In this document: piece after piece, positions 28,451-39,514 of the stretch
Numbering within the stretch: position 1 is the stretch's first letter
How the letters are laid out: every line of letters begins with the position of its first letter
Virus record (IMG/VR): IMGVR_UViG_3300030105_002498
Location: 29,331 to 93,330 of that record
Origin: a virus
Length of the DNA stretch: 64,000 bases
Reading direction: 5' to 3' (one strand)
Program-made: the position numbers and the translations under genes
The notes under the pieces: model-generated
Told to the model about the DNA's origin: nothing
The model's database searches: none
What the model saw: only the letters and a program-made list of their open reading frames with translations

Positions 28451-28911
28451 TGACAAACATTAGAGACAGTTATAAATTGTATAAAGAGAGTGTTGATAAT
28501 CCAGTAGACATTAAGACTTACGTAAAGTTGTCAGGATTGTACAACAAGTTTCTAATGAATAAAGTACTCGAAGGAGAGACAGTAACACTTCCTTGTAGGC
28601 TAGGTAACATCTATGTTGCAGGAAGGAAACAAAAAGTTAGGTTTGATGAAGATGGCAATGTCCAAGGACTAGCTCCAGATTGGGTAGGTACTAAAAAACT
28701 TTGGGAGTCTAATCCAGAAGCAAAAGAAAAGAAACAACTTTTATACCATCTTAATGCTCACACAGATAATGTGAGATATAAATATGTATGGAGTAAGAAG
28801 GATGTATTAGTAAAAAATAAAACATTGTATTCCTTGAGATTAACCAGGACTAATAAAAGAGCAGTTCATAAAAGGATAATAGAAGGACAACAATACATAA
28901 CTAAATATTAA
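28450..28911 (+). CDS. IHF/HU-like protein
   Basis: VLEGETVTLPCRLGNIYV and PDWVGTKK; position before the tail tube gene as in crAss-like phages. Confidence 0.7.
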   Translation: MTNIRDSYKLYKESVDNPVDIKTYVKLSGLYNKFLMNKVLEGETVTLPCRLGNIYVAGRKQKVRFDEDGNVQGLAPDWVGTKKLWESNPEAKEKKQLLYHLNAHTDNVRYKYVWSKKDVLVKNKTLYSLRLTRTNKRAVHKRIIEGQQYITKY

Positions 28912-28913
28912 TT

Positions 28914-29873
28914 ATGGCTGAATCAATTCAATACATAAGTGTTACGAGAATTTTTAACAAGTTATCTCGTGACCTAAGAGGAACAGAACTTAATGAGTCA
29001 GATGTAATAGAGTGGATTGGGGAAGCTTTAGACTTTCTAAGAGTATCTGGAACTCAAGAAGAATCAATAGCATTCATTACTGTAAAAGACCACATGGCAG
29101 ATGTGCCTATAGGGTTACAGACTGTACTTCAGATAGCAAGAAACAATAACTACTCTTCTGATGAGTGTCTTACAACTGCTGACATAGCTGATACAATTGA
29201 AGATACAGTAAACAACCCAGTCTTTTTAGATTGCCAAGGTAAGCCTATTGTAGATTATGATGTTGCATACTACAGACCTTTCTTCGATTTACAATGGGAA
29301 TATGACCCTTGGAGTAGAAGTAACTTGTATGCTACTCAATACACTCCAGTAAGACTTGCTAACCATACACTATTTGGAAGTATTGTTTGTAAGGAGAAAG
29401 GCTTTGATAATTTGTACACAAGTAAAAGTGATGAGTATAATATAGTGGGAACTGATGAAAAGAAATTTAGATTCTCTTTCCGTGAGGGTTCTATTGCAGT
29501 CTCTTATTTGAAGACTGCTACAGATGAGGAAGGCTATCCATTAATTCCTGACCAGGTATCTTATATCACAGCTATAACCTACTTTGTAAAGTGGAAACTT
29601 GCAGAATGGTATGCTTGGAACAGTAGAGATGGGTCTGTTGGTAACAGAGACTACAATGAAAAGAGATGGTTAAAGTATGTAAGACAAGCTAAGAACTGGA
29701 CTAAGATGCCAAAAGGTATTGACCAGTATCAAAACTTACTTGAAGAATCTCATTACCTTATTCCAAGACTTAAAAAATATTATGGATTTTTTGGTAACTT
29801 AGGTAGATCAGAAGACAGAGTGTTCAATGACCCAGACTACAGAAAAAAATTCGAGTCTTACGACAATTTATAA
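28914..29873 (+). CDS. tail tubular/ring protein
   Basis: DVIEWIGEAL...G.I.VSY....DEEGYPLIPD pattern; precedes the stabilisation protein. Confidence 0.75.
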   Translation: MAESIQYISVTRIFNKLSRDLRGTELNESDVIEWIGEALDFLRVSGTQEESIAFITVKDHMADVPIGLQTVLQIARNNNYSSDECLTTADIADTIEDTVNNPVFLDCQGKPIVDYDVAYYRPFFDLQWEYDPWSRSNLYATQYTPVRLANHTLFGSIVCKEKGFDNLYTSKSDEYNIVGTDEKKFRFSFREGSIAVSYLKTATDEEGYPLIPDQVSYITAITYFVKWKLAEWYAWNSRDGSVGNRDYNEKRWLKYVRQAKNWTKMPKGIDQYQNLLEESHYLIPRLKKYYGFFGNLGRSEDRVFNDPDYRKKFESYDNL

Positions 29874-29876
29874 ATT

Positions 29877-32800
29877 ATGGCAGAAAAAAATAATGTTAAC
29901 AGATTAAGTAAAGGAATTAGTACTGATGTTTCTCCTATTGACCAAAAGCAAGGGACTTACAGGTATGCTAAAAATGCTGTACTTGAAAGCCGAGACGGAA
30001 ATATTGGATTCCTTTCTAATGAGTTAGGGAATGAAGTTTGCGCTTTGTTCCCTACTGGTTATACACCAATAGGTAAAGAGTACATGACTAATGGAGAAGT
30101 TGCTATCTTCCTAGTGAGCTTAGATGATGCTACATCTGAGATAGGTATTCTAAAAGATAACTGTACTTATGAAACTGTAGTTAATACTAACTTAGGTTTT
30201 AAAATAAAAAATCAGATAGACGCTACTTACAGATTGAGAAGAGGTTGTGAAAGAACTGTCTACTTTACTGATGGTGCTAACAAACCAAGAATATTTAACT
30301 TTGATAGTCCAGAAGACTTTCAAGATGGAGCTGGAGCTTGGGTTGAAACTAAGTTCAATCTATTCAAGATTTATAATAGCATTCCAAGATTTTCAAATAT
30401 TGAGATTGCGGAGACAGGACAATTACCTCCTGGTTCATACAACGCTGCTATACAGTATCTTGATGAAGACTTTAATCCTACAGAATGGATTAATACTACA
30501 GACACAGTTATTATTTACAATGATAATGGTAAGTCAAAGCCTTTTAGAGATGTAAGAGGTTCTACAAATGCTATCACGGATTACCAAGACTATGGTAATA
30601 CTAATAAGTCCATCAAGTTTACACTTAGTAACTTAGATGAAACCTTTTTATTTTATAGAATAGCTATCATTGAAGCTAACAATGGTTCTGGAAATGTGAG
30701 TAGAGTTGTTTTCTCAGGAGAGATTTCTACTAAAATACTGAGTTACACTTATACTGGAACTAATGGACAGACTGAAGGTACTGTACAAGAGATACAACAG
30801 TTTAATAATATCATTGAAAGTGCTAAACATATTGAGCAAATTGAAAACAGACTAATTTTATCTAATACACAAGGTAAGCAAATTAACTATTGTAGATTAC
30901 AAAAGTATGCTTCAAGAATTAAAGCTAATCTAGTTACTGAATCAGTAGTACTTAATGATCTAACTTTTGAGAACAATCAAAAGAGACCTGAACACCACCT
31001 TGAAAAAGTAGGCTACATGCCAGGAGAGATATACTCTTTTGGGATTGTATGGGTATTTGATGATGGCACTACATCACCTGGTTATCATATTCCAGGTAAA
31101 GCTTCAACTTACAATTCTCTGATGAGTTCAGATAATGTACTAGAGAATAGTTTCTATACTGAGAATGATAGTTGTAGTGGAGAAGACTTTTGGGGATATG
31201 ATTCTCAAGGGACACCTTTAAAAAATACAGCAATTAGACATCACAGATTCCCACTAAGAAGTAAAGTTAATAAACCTTTAGTTACAAGTCTTGGTTCAAG
31301 TACTGAGTTAACTCAGAATGTTTTATCTCTTACTATTACTGGAACTATTGCTGACCCTCCTGTAAGTGCTTCGACTATGGAGGTGACTGTCAATTATACT
31401 ATTGATGCTGTTGCTGCTACAGAAGTTATTGACATAAACACAGAGACTTATGACCCAGCAACAGGAATATTAAATCTTCAGATAACTTCTAACTTAGGTG
31501 TGTTAGTATTTGTAGATGTATTAGAAACTCCTGATGCAGGTGGAGCTGGTGTTGCTCCTTCAACAAATTCAACTTTAACTTATGTTGGTACAGTTACAGA
31601 AGAAACTGTAATCTTAAATGATATAGTTTATACTTCAGACATATTTGGGATTAACTTCTCTAATATTGATGTACCAAGTGCTGATGACCTTAATGGAGAA
31701 GTTGTAGTTGGTTACTACATTGTGAGAAACAAAAGAGAAGAAGCTGAGAAGACTATTTTAGATACTGGTGTTATCACACCTTTACTTGAAGAAAAGAGAG
31801 CAGGAGTCAGTAAGTTTGTTTCCTTTGGACACATAGCACCAGAGAGTGCAGATTTAAAAGATGATGTATTTGCACTAGTTCACCCTGAACATAAATTTAG
31901 ACAAAAAGAATATACAGGTGTCACAGAGTTGATACAAGAAGGTGAGTATGTTATAACAAGTAGAAATGTTTCTTCCCGTGTTACACAAGATGTGCTACCT
32001 GGGACTTCTTACGATGCTTCTGTAAATAAAAGAAGAGAGAGGGATTCTGATGGTTTCGATTTACATACTATTACTAGAAACAACAATGTTACTTATAATG
32101 TAAAAGAAGGAACTCTTGCAGATCAAGCTGACATAAATGAAGTCTTTTATCTTGACAGTCTTTTTAGTAAGACTATTACTGACTTAGGTGGAGATAGAAA
32201 AGACATCTTCAATATGTCAGGAGATAACAAGACTGGAATCTTACACTTAAATAAAACTTTAGATACTGTTGATCTAAGAGATAATCTTCCTTATGTAGTT
32301 ATGAAGAGAACTTTAACTGACCCTTATGGGAATTTTAGAGTGCTACCTTATTACAAGGAGAATGCAAACACAATTAACCTTAGTGGAGCTACAGAGAATA
32401 CTGTAACAATCTTTAATGGAGATTCTTATATCTCTTCAATGAGATATGTTTCTTCAAGTTACTATGACCTAAGAATCAAAGATAGAGATAGAAAATCAGG
32501 AGCACTTAATTTTATTATAGGTGTTCTTGGAGTTATTACTGGAGCTGTTTTAATTGCTACAGGTGTTGGAGCTGCTGCTGGTATTGCTGTTATTGGTTTT
32601 GGAGTTACACAACTATCAACAGGATTTAAAGTTGCACAAGCTTCAAGAGTTTACCAAGATTTGTATGACCAAGGTTTACAAGATACTGTAGATGATGCTG
32701 CTACCCAACAATACTTTGCACCTGACCCACAAGATGATGAATTACAATGGATGACAGATGTTGTCACTAACCTTTGGTTTGAGAGTAGTGTGAATATGAA

Positions 32801-35393
32801 TTGGAGACAAGGGAATACTGTTGGATTAACAGATTTCTTACCTTCTCCTGGAGACGTAGATACAGAAGCTTTAAATGGTTATGCCCTGGAGAAAGTTACA
32901 AACATAGACCCTTCAGCAGATGGAGGTAGAAACTACCAAGGATATTGCAAATCTGAGATATATGAAGTGAATGCAGATTACTTTAGAAGAGATAGAGAAA
33001 AGATTTTCTTTCATCTTGCTTTAGAGTATGACTGTTGTACAAAGTGTCTTGAGCAATTTCCACATAGGACTTATAATTCAGAGCAATCTTTTCAAGAGGA
33101 GCTTACAGATAACTACAGAATCTTCTTACCTAACAACTATAGAGATATGGAAGGAGAGACTGGTATTATAACAAATGTATTCAGAATACAAAACAACTTG
33201 TACATTCATACTGAAGAAGCTTTGTGGCATTTACCACAGAACATTCAGGAAAGAGTTACAGGTGACATTATATCTTTTATTGGAACTGGGAGTTTCTTTA
33301 GCATTCCTCCAAGAAAAATATTAGATGATTCTTCAGGTAATTCCGCAGGAACACAACACAAATGGGGAATGCTTAAAACTCCTCACGGAGTGTTTTTTCC
33401 TTCTGAAAATCAAAATACTCTTTATAAATTTAATGGGAACGACCTTGTTCCTATTAGTAACTTAGGTGAGTATAGTTGGTTTAAAGAAAACATTACATTG
33501 AACCAAGATAAGACTTATTTTAATGATACAGGTAAACAGTACCCTTATAAAGATAACCCTTCCAATGATTATGGTACAGGGTTTATATTAACTTATGATT
33601 CTAAATTTGAAAGAGTCTTAGTTACTAAGAGAGATTTCTTAATTGATAGTGGTCTTTTAAATTCTACTCATGGAGACTATACGATTTGTGTATATAATGG
33701 ACAACTCCTTGCCCACCTTAACATCTCTGAAACTATTGCTGCTGAAGCTTTAGATGGATGGTATGTTACAGGAATGAATGAGAACTGTTACCTATGCTTT
33801 GAAAAGTTGACTACAGAGATTATTCAAACTGAGGTAGCAAGTACTATACCTAACGATGCAGACATTCATGTATTCTTTGATACTTCAGGTTCATTTGGAG
33901 GTATCAATGATTCTTGTTTAACGAGTATTGATGATGCTATTGATGAGTGGATTGTAAACTATGCACTAGCTAATCCTGATTGGACTGGAACAGTTTATAA
34001 GTATGAAGATAATACAGAGAGATGGATTAACTACCCTCAAATTATTGCAAGTACAACTTACTCAGGGGTTGATTTATCAACTAAAGATATTATTGTAATT
34101 TCATTTTGTAATGAAGCTACACCTATTTATCATGATTCAAGTTTAGATAGTCCAATTGCTCCACCAACAGCAGCATACCTGGCTGATTTTAATAACTTTA
34201 AGACACTCCATGGTTTGTATAAATCTTTTATCGGAGTAGCTTATCCAATAGTATTTGGAACAGATGCAGGGTCTTGTGGAACTGGTGGAGGTAGTGTACC
34301 TTCGTCAAAGAATTTCTTGTCGCATTCTATTGCTGCAACTTTTGGACTACCTCTGACTGTTGAAGAAGTAGCTTCAGAATTGGGTTCACAGAATCCAGGC
34401 TTTACTGCTGGAGAATGGGCAGACCTTAAAGTTACCTTACAAGGAATTAATCCTTACCCTGATGATGGACTAAAAGATTATGGTTGGGCAGGTAAATGGG
34501 ACAGAGCAGCTAATACTTCAGGAGAGGTAATTGATTCTGTACAGTTTCAAGTTGATATGGAAGACATTTTAGCTGGAACAATAGTGACAGAAATTGTTGA
34601 TGTAGCTGTACCAGTATTTGAAACACAATGCTTACCACCTACACCTTTAGTATCTGCAACTCTCCTTGATTGTTCTTGGACTCAGAGTTTCAATATCAAG
34701 TTTGATGCCTGGGTAAGTTTTCATGACTACACACCAAACTTCTATATAAATACTCCTGATAAATTTTACTCTTGGGATAACATTAGTGGGAGAGCTAACT
34801 TATATAAACATAATGCTGAGAACTTATATCAAACTTACTATGGTGTTAAGCATGACTTTATTGTAGAGTATGTTTCACTATCAGAACCATTAGGAACTAA
34901 AGTCTGGAATCATTTAAAACTCTTGACTGAAGCTAAGAAGTATGATGCAGTAACTAATAGTCAAGTAGATCAAAGGTTTGTGACTTTTAATAAGATGATG
35001 TTGTATAATTCAAGACAGAATAGTGGAGTTCTTAACCTAGTTTCTAAAGATACTCAAGCTGACCCTGCAAATTACATGTCTCAACAGTTGTCAAATACTG
35101 TAGGAAAGTCTTTAATAAACAGGAATGAAAGAGACTGGAGTATCAATGACTTTAGAGATATGGTTGGAGATTACAGTATTCCAATGTTTGATAAAACTAA
35201 ACTTTCTCTGCAAAGTTCAACTTACTTGGATAAAGTGTTGAATGCACCTGCTATGGATTATGGAAAAGATTGGACTCAACAGGAAGTATTCCGTGACAAA
35301 TACTTGATTATAAGGTTAATATTTAATACCTTTAATGATACGCAGTTAATATTAAACTATTCAGTAGAAAATGAAATCCCTTCACAAAGGTAA
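29877..35393 (+). CDS. tail stabilisation (P22 gp10-like, muzzle) protein
   Basis: 1838 aa; YRYAKNA...NELGN, VYFTDG.N.PR, WVSFHDYTP motifs; carries inserted domains. Confidence 0.8.
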   Translation: MAEKNNVNRLSKGISTDVSPIDQKQGTYRYAKNAVLESRDGNIGFLSNELGNEVCALFPTGYTPIGKEYMTNGEVAIFLVSLDDATSEIGILKDNCTYETVVNTNLGFKIKNQIDATYRLRRGCERTVYFTDGANKPRIFNFDSPEDFQDGAGAWVETKFNLFKIYNSIPRFSNIEIAETGQLPPGSYNAAIQYLDEDFNPTEWINTTDTVIIYNDNGKSKPFRDVRGSTNAITDYQDYGNTNKSIKFTLSNLDETFLFYRIAIIEANNGSGNVSRVVFSGEISTKILSYTYTGTNGQTEGTVQEIQQFNNIIESAKHIEQIENRLILSNTQGKQINYCRLQKYASRIKANLVTESVVLNDLTFENNQKRPEHHLEKVGYMPGEIYSFGIVWVFDDGTTSPGYHIPGKASTYNSLMSSDNVLENSFYTENDSCSGEDFWGYDSQGTPLKNTAIRHHRFPLRSKVNKPLVTSLGSSTELTQNVLSLTITGTIADPPVSASTMEVTVNYTIDAVAATEVIDINTETYDPATGILNLQITSNLGVLVFVDVLETPDAGGAGVAPSTNSTLTYVGTVTEETVILNDIVYTSDIFGINFSNIDVPSADDLNGEVVVGYYIVRNKREEAEKTILDTGVITPLLEEKRAGVSKFVSFGHIAPESADLKDDVFALVHPEHKFRQKEYTGVTELIQEGEYVITSRNVSSRVTQDVLPGTSYDASVNKRRERDSDGFDLHTITRNNNVTYNVKEGTLADQADINEVFYLDSLFSKTITDLGGDRKDIFNMSGDNKTGILHLNKTLDTVDLRDNLPYVVMKRTLTDPYGNFRVLPYYKENANTINLSGATENTVTIFNGDSYISSMRYVSSSYYDLRIKDRDRKSGALNFIIGVLGVITGAVLIATGVGAAAGIAVIGFGVTQLSTGFKVAQASRVYQDLYDQGLQDTVDDAATQQYFAPDPQDDELQWMTDVVTNLWFESSVNMNWRQGNTVGLTDFLPSPGDVDTEALNGYALEKVTNIDPSADGGRNYQGYCKSEIYEVNADYFRRDREKIFFHLALEYDCCTKCLEQFPHRTYNSEQSFQEELTDNYRIFLPNNYRDMEGETGIITNVFRIQNNLYIHTEEALWHLPQNIQERVTGDIISFIGTGSFFSIPPRKILDDSSGNSAGTQHKWGMLKTPHGVFFPSENQNTLYKFNGNDLVPISNLGEYSWFKENITLNQDKTYFNDTGKQYPYKDNPSNDYGTGFILTYDSKFERVLVTKRDFLIDSGLLNSTHGDYTICVYNGQLLAHLNISETIAAEALDGWYVTGMNENCYLCFEKLTTEIIQTEVASTIPNDADIHVFFDTSGSFGGINDSCLTSIDDAIDEWIVNYALANPDWTGTVYKYEDNTERWINYPQIIASTTYSGVDLSTKDIIVISFCNEATPIYHDSSLDSPIAPPTAAYLADFNNFKTLHGLYKSFIGVAYPIVFGTDAGSCGTGGGSVPSSKNFLSHSIAATFGLPLTVEEVASELGSQNPGFTAGEWADLKVTLQGINPYPDDGLKDYGWAGKWDRAANTSGEVIDSVQFQVDMEDILAGTIVTEIVDVAVPVFETQCLPPTPLVSATLLDCSWTQSFNIKFDAWVSFHDYTPNFYINTPDKFYSWDNISGRANLYKHNAENLYQTYYGVKHDFIVEYVSLSEPLGTKVWNHLKLLTEAKKYDAVTNSQVDQRFVTFNKMMLYNSRQNSGVLNLVSKDTQADPANYMSQQLSNTVGKSLINRNERDWSINDFRDMVGDYSIPMFDKTKLSLQSSTYLDKVLNAPAMDYGKDWTQQEVFRDKYLIIRLIFNTFNDTQLILNYSVENEIPSQR

Positions 35394-35423
35394 ATAAATA
35401 AATGAACTTAACTTCAAAATAAT

Positions 35424-37181
35424 ATGAAAAAGAAAACAAGAAAAAAGTATGGGACGGGAACTGCTGTAGTAGACTACATGGAGAACCCTTACTCTGCTTT
35501 ACAACAACATAAGATCAATAATGCCAAAGCTGCTTCTGAAGCTGCGAATAATCCTTTGTGGAAAGGGATGGACATGGCTGGAAACATGGCTATGCAATAT
35601 GGTATCAGCCAAGGAGGATTTGGTGAAAGTGCTTTGGGTGAACTTGGAAATTCTGCGTTACCTATCTTAGGCAATATGGAATTTGCCAATGGAGGTCAAG
35701 TACCAAATGTTCCTGTTGAAGTTGAGGGTAAAGAAGTTGGGGAATTACCTAATGGAGAACTCTTAGATTTTAAAGGAGCTAGTCATGAAGAAGGTGGAAT
35801 CAATGTAGACTTGCCAGGAGGGACAGAAATCTTTTCTGACAGAGTTAAGATTAAAGGTAAGTCTATGGCAGACAGAAAGAAAGCTAGACAAAAGAGGGAG
35901 ACTAAAGTAACTAAGAAGTCAAAAGGTAACCCAACTGATGCTTTATTGAAGAACACATTGAAGAGAACTAAAACAACTAATCAAATGCAAGATAGATTTG
36001 ACAAGCAAGTTCAAGAGATTATTACTGGAATTCAAAATCTTGGTAGTAATACTGGACCTCCACAACAAGGTGGCGGTCTTCCACCAGAAGTAGATGGAGA
36101 GTTTGCTTATGGAGGTAAGGTAAGTTATGCTGGAGGTGGCACAGTTATTCCACCAGAGCAATGGTTACAAGACCAAGGTATTGCTGGCAACTATCAAGAG
36201 ATGTTAGCAAGTGGAGAATGGGGAGATAAGTATGGTGCTAATTACAATGCCTTTTTGAATAACCCTTTTCCAGGAGTAAATCAAAATCCACAAGTACCTA
36301 ATTCACCTGGCATACCATCTAGAAACTCACAAGCTACATTACCTAATCAAGAATTCAAAAATCCAGGAGTGGTTAATAATACTCCAGGTTTAGAGTTTAA
36401 TTTTGATAATAATGTTTTTACAGATAGTATACCTGGTGCAGACCCAATGAATGCAGATGCTTTTGCTGACATGACAACAGGAACTGAACCTAACCCTTTT
36501 CCTGGAAATGGCAGTAATGACAGTAAACGAAAAAATCCTTTTGCAGAGATGGACTTTAATGACCCAACAACTTTTGGAGATAAGGTAGGACTTGCAGGAG
36601 ATTTAATATCTACATTCTCAGGTAAGCAAAATACATTAGAGAATAGAGCACAAGATACTCCGAATATTAATCCTTATGTAAACTATGGACAAAAAGGTTT
36701 ACAGACTTTAGATAAGACTAAAGGGATGGTAGGAGAACTTAGAGATAATCAACTAGCTGATTTACAGTTATCAAAGACTGCACAGTTAAAGCGAGGAAGA
36801 AATTCTGCAAGAGGTGTAAACACTCAGAGAGCTTTAGACTTAGCAGGTACTCAACAAGCTGACCAAGCTGCGGGAAATATTAATGATGCTTATACAGGTC
36901 AACTTATGGACATCTTTGGACAGCAAGCAGGTATGGAGAATCAACAAGATCAGATAGTGATGTCAGGAGAAGGAGCAAGAGACTTAGCTGACAGACAAGA
37001 TACAGATAACTTCTATACTCAACTTGGTAAAGACAAAGCTACTATAGGAACTGGATTACAAGAGACAGGTAAAGATTTGAATGCTATCAAGCAAAATCAA
37101 ATGATTGAGAATCTTATTGGGCAGCTTTCTAAATATGGAATTACAATTGACGACAAAGGAACTTTAACAACTAATAAATAA
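35424..37181 (+). CDS. internal virion (cargo/ejection) protein
   Basis: VEVEGKEV...GASHEEGG motif; disordered Pro/Asn-rich middle; Gln-rich helical end. Confidence 0.65.
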   Translation: MKKKTRKKYGTGTAVVDYMENPYSALQQHKINNAKAASEAANNPLWKGMDMAGNMAMQYGISQGGFGESALGELGNSALPILGNMEFANGGQVPNVPVEVEGKEVGELPNGELLDFKGASHEEGGINVDLPGGTEIFSDRVKIKGKSMADRKKARQKRETKVTKKSKGNPTDALLKNTLKRTKTTNQMQDRFDKQVQEIITGIQNLGSNTGPPQQGGGLPPEVDGEFAYGGKVSYAGGGTVIPPEQWLQDQGIAGNYQEMLASGEWGDKYGANYNAFLNNPFPGVNQNPQVPNSPGIPSRNSQATLPNQEFKNPGVVNNTPGLEFNFDNNVFTDSIPGADPMNADAFADMTTGTEPNPFPGNGSNDSKRKNPFAEMDFNDPTTFGDKVGLAGDLISTFSGKQNTLENRAQDTPNINPYVNYGQKGLQTLDKTKGMVGELRDNQLADLQLSKTAQLKRGRNSARGVNTQRALDLAGTQQADQAAGNINDAYTGQLMDIFGQQAGMENQQDQIVMSGEGARDLADRQDTDNFYTQLGKDKATIGTGLQETGKDLNAIKQNQMIENLIGQLSKYGITIDDKGTLTTNK

Positions 37182-39505
37182 TGGGACGATTTTATCAAAC
37201 ATCTGAAGGGAAATTTGTAGACAATAACATGTACCAAATGCCTTATGAATTGGCAGGAGAAGTTATTGGGAATGCAGAACAGAGAGTAGACGAGCAAGTA
37301 GCAGAGACAGAGCTACTTACTGGAGCTGTAGATAGTATTCAACACTTGAATTTTGAAGCAGAGAACACAAGAGTAAAAGGAATTCAAGATAAGTATGGTA
37401 CTCAGATAGATGAGTTGACTAACACTATCATGAAGAATCCTTTAGAGTTTCAAAAGAACATGCCAGCTTTGAAGAAGATTCAAAGAGACTTGATGCAGAG
37501 TAGAGATTCAGGAGACATCTATGATATTGAACAAAGACATGGAGACTATTCAAAATGGGCAACGGAGAACAAAAAAATTAAAGAAGACAATCCTGATTTG
37601 TATAATCAAATGAGTAAGCATTGGTATAGTGATATTGAGCAGAGAGGTACAGAGAATGCTAACGCTAGATTTAAAGGTACACAGATTGTAAATAGACCTG
37701 ACCTTTCTAGTAAAGAATCTCAAGAACGTTTTAAAAGTATTAAAGCTAATCTGGTTGAGTCCATAACTCCAGATGGTATGTATAAGGTTGGTAACAAATC
37801 TGTGACTGAAGAAAGGGTAGCTCAAATTGCTATGGCAGAATTACTATCTGACCCTAGCTTCAAAGGGTACACAGAACAGATGGGAAAGACTTTAGGACAA
37901 GAAGGTTTTTTTGATGCTCAAGGTAATCCTACTAACATCTTTGATGAAAATGGCAAGTTAAATTCTGCACACCCTTTTGCAAGAGATGTTGCAAGTGCTG
38001 CAAGAACTTATGGTTTTTCTGAGAATACTTTAGATGAAGCTCCTTACCAAGCTGATAAATTAAAAGCAGGTTACAACCAACAAAGAGACAGGAAAAAAGC
38101 AGGTTATGATATAGGAGCAGCTAAAAATAAAGAAGGTACTGATGCTCGACTTGAAGATCAAAAACAAAAAGGAAGAATGGAACTTGCTAGGTTGAAAGAC
38201 TCTACAAAAAGAGGTCAGATGAAACTTGCAGTTAAGTTAGAAAAAGATGAAGCTATAGCAGTTGGAGATATTGAAACTTTAGATAGCATTAATGTTTCTT
38301 CAAGACCTTACAGAGTTGCTACTATCGCAGAACAAAAAGATATGGGGACAACCTATATGGATTTATCAGCTAAGACTTCAGCAGGTAAAACTTTAACAGG
38401 ACAAGAACAGATTGACCTTAATAAACTTGATGGTTTATATGGACCTGTTGTTGAAGCTCATGGAGATGATATTATTAGAGCAGCAGGTGAAGACCCTGCA
38501 ACTTATAAAGACCCTGCAAGGAAATCAGCGAGAGTTAAGAAACTACTTTCAGAGATATTCCAACTTAGTGACCCTGATTTTGGTATCAAGACTACAACTA
38601 GACCTTATGACCCTAAGAGAACTTTTGAGCCAACTACTAGTCAAGACTATTCAGAAAGACACAGAGTCCAAGGAATTAAAGATGGGGCGGAGAAAGTTCT
38701 TGGAAACTTTGGTGAGATGATTGCAGACAAGATGATTCTTACTAGGAGTCACATGCCAGCAGGAGGTTCAAGTGAAGTGGGTAAGACTGGGATGAAGTTT
38801 GTGAATACTTTACACTTATCTTCTACAGAACCTATTGTTCAAGATATTAATTCAACTGCTTACGATGTTCAAGGGAAGAAGAGGTCAGGAGAAAGAGTTG
38901 ATGTAGATACAAGTTCTTTTGCAACAGGAGAGACTTCTAGTCCTATGCAATCTATTATGCAAGCAACAGGTACAAACTCTCCACAAGAACTAGCTGAAGC
39001 AGGTTATGGAAAGTATACCTGGAGACAAGAAAGAGGAGATTTTATTGTAGACTTTATTCCTAACAATGCGGCTTTAAAAGCTCAGGGAGTAGATGTTACA
39101 GATAGCTATTGGAATCCAGACGGCTTCTCTTTGAGATACAATAATGTATCAGGAGATGTTTGGAAGAATTTTGATATGAGTAATCCTGAAGTGAGAAGAA
39201 TGAGAATGGAAGCTGATGTAACTTATTCTGAAGCTGCACAAGTTGTAGATACAAATATTGCAGAATTAAAAGCCACTAACTATGAAAACTCTAGACCATT
39301 TGCAATGGGAGGAATACCAGAGGCTCTTTTTAAAATTGATTATGACCAAGAGTCACAACAATACATTATGATGCAAAGCTTTGATGGAGATAAAAATCTA
39401 AACTGGTCTGATATAAAAGAGCAAGGTTTATATAGTTTTACTTCCGATCCTGAAGAATTAATCTTACTTTTACGTGAGAAAGTTATAGCTAGAAATAAAA
39501 AATAA
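37181..39505 (+). CDS. internal virion (cargo/ejection) protein
   Basis: helical 774 aa with N-terminal MGRF...YQMPYE; located between cargo gene and RNAP. Confidence 0.65.
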   Translation: MGRFYQTSEGKFVDNNMYQMPYELAGEVIGNAEQRVDEQVAETELLTGAVDSIQHLNFEAENTRVKGIQDKYGTQIDELTNTIMKNPLEFQKNMPALKKIQRDLMQSRDSGDIYDIEQRHGDYSKWATENKKIKEDNPDLYNQMSKHWYSDIEQRGTENANARFKGTQIVNRPDLSSKESQERFKSIKANLVESITPDGMYKVGNKSVTEERVAQIAMAELLSDPSFKGYTEQMGKTLGQEGFFDAQGNPTNIFDENGKLNSAHPFARDVASAARTYGFSENTLDEAPYQADKLKAGYNQQRDRKKAGYDIGAAKNKEGTDARLEDQKQKGRMELARLKDSTKRGQMKLAVKLEKDEAIAVGDIETLDSINVSSRPYRVATIAEQKDMGTTYMDLSAKTSAGKTLTGQEQIDLNKLDGLYGPVVEAHGDDIIRAAGEDPATYKDPARKSARVKKLLSEIFQLSDPDFGIKTTTRPYDPKRTFEPTTSQDYSERHRVQGIKDGAEKVLGNFGEMIADKMILTRSHMPAGGSSEVGKTGMKFVNTLHLSSTEPIVQDINSTAYDVQGKKRSGERVDVDTSSFATGETSSPMQSIMQATGTNSPQELAEAGYGKYTWRQERGDFIVDFIPNNAALKAQGVDVTDSYWNPDGFSLRYNNVSGDVWKNFDMSNPEVRRMRMEADVTYSEAAQVVDTNIAELKATNYENSRPFAMGGIPEALFKIDYDQESQQYIMMQSFDGDKNLNWSDIKEQGLYSFTSDPEELILLLREKVIARNKK

Positions 39506-39514
39506 AAATCTAAT

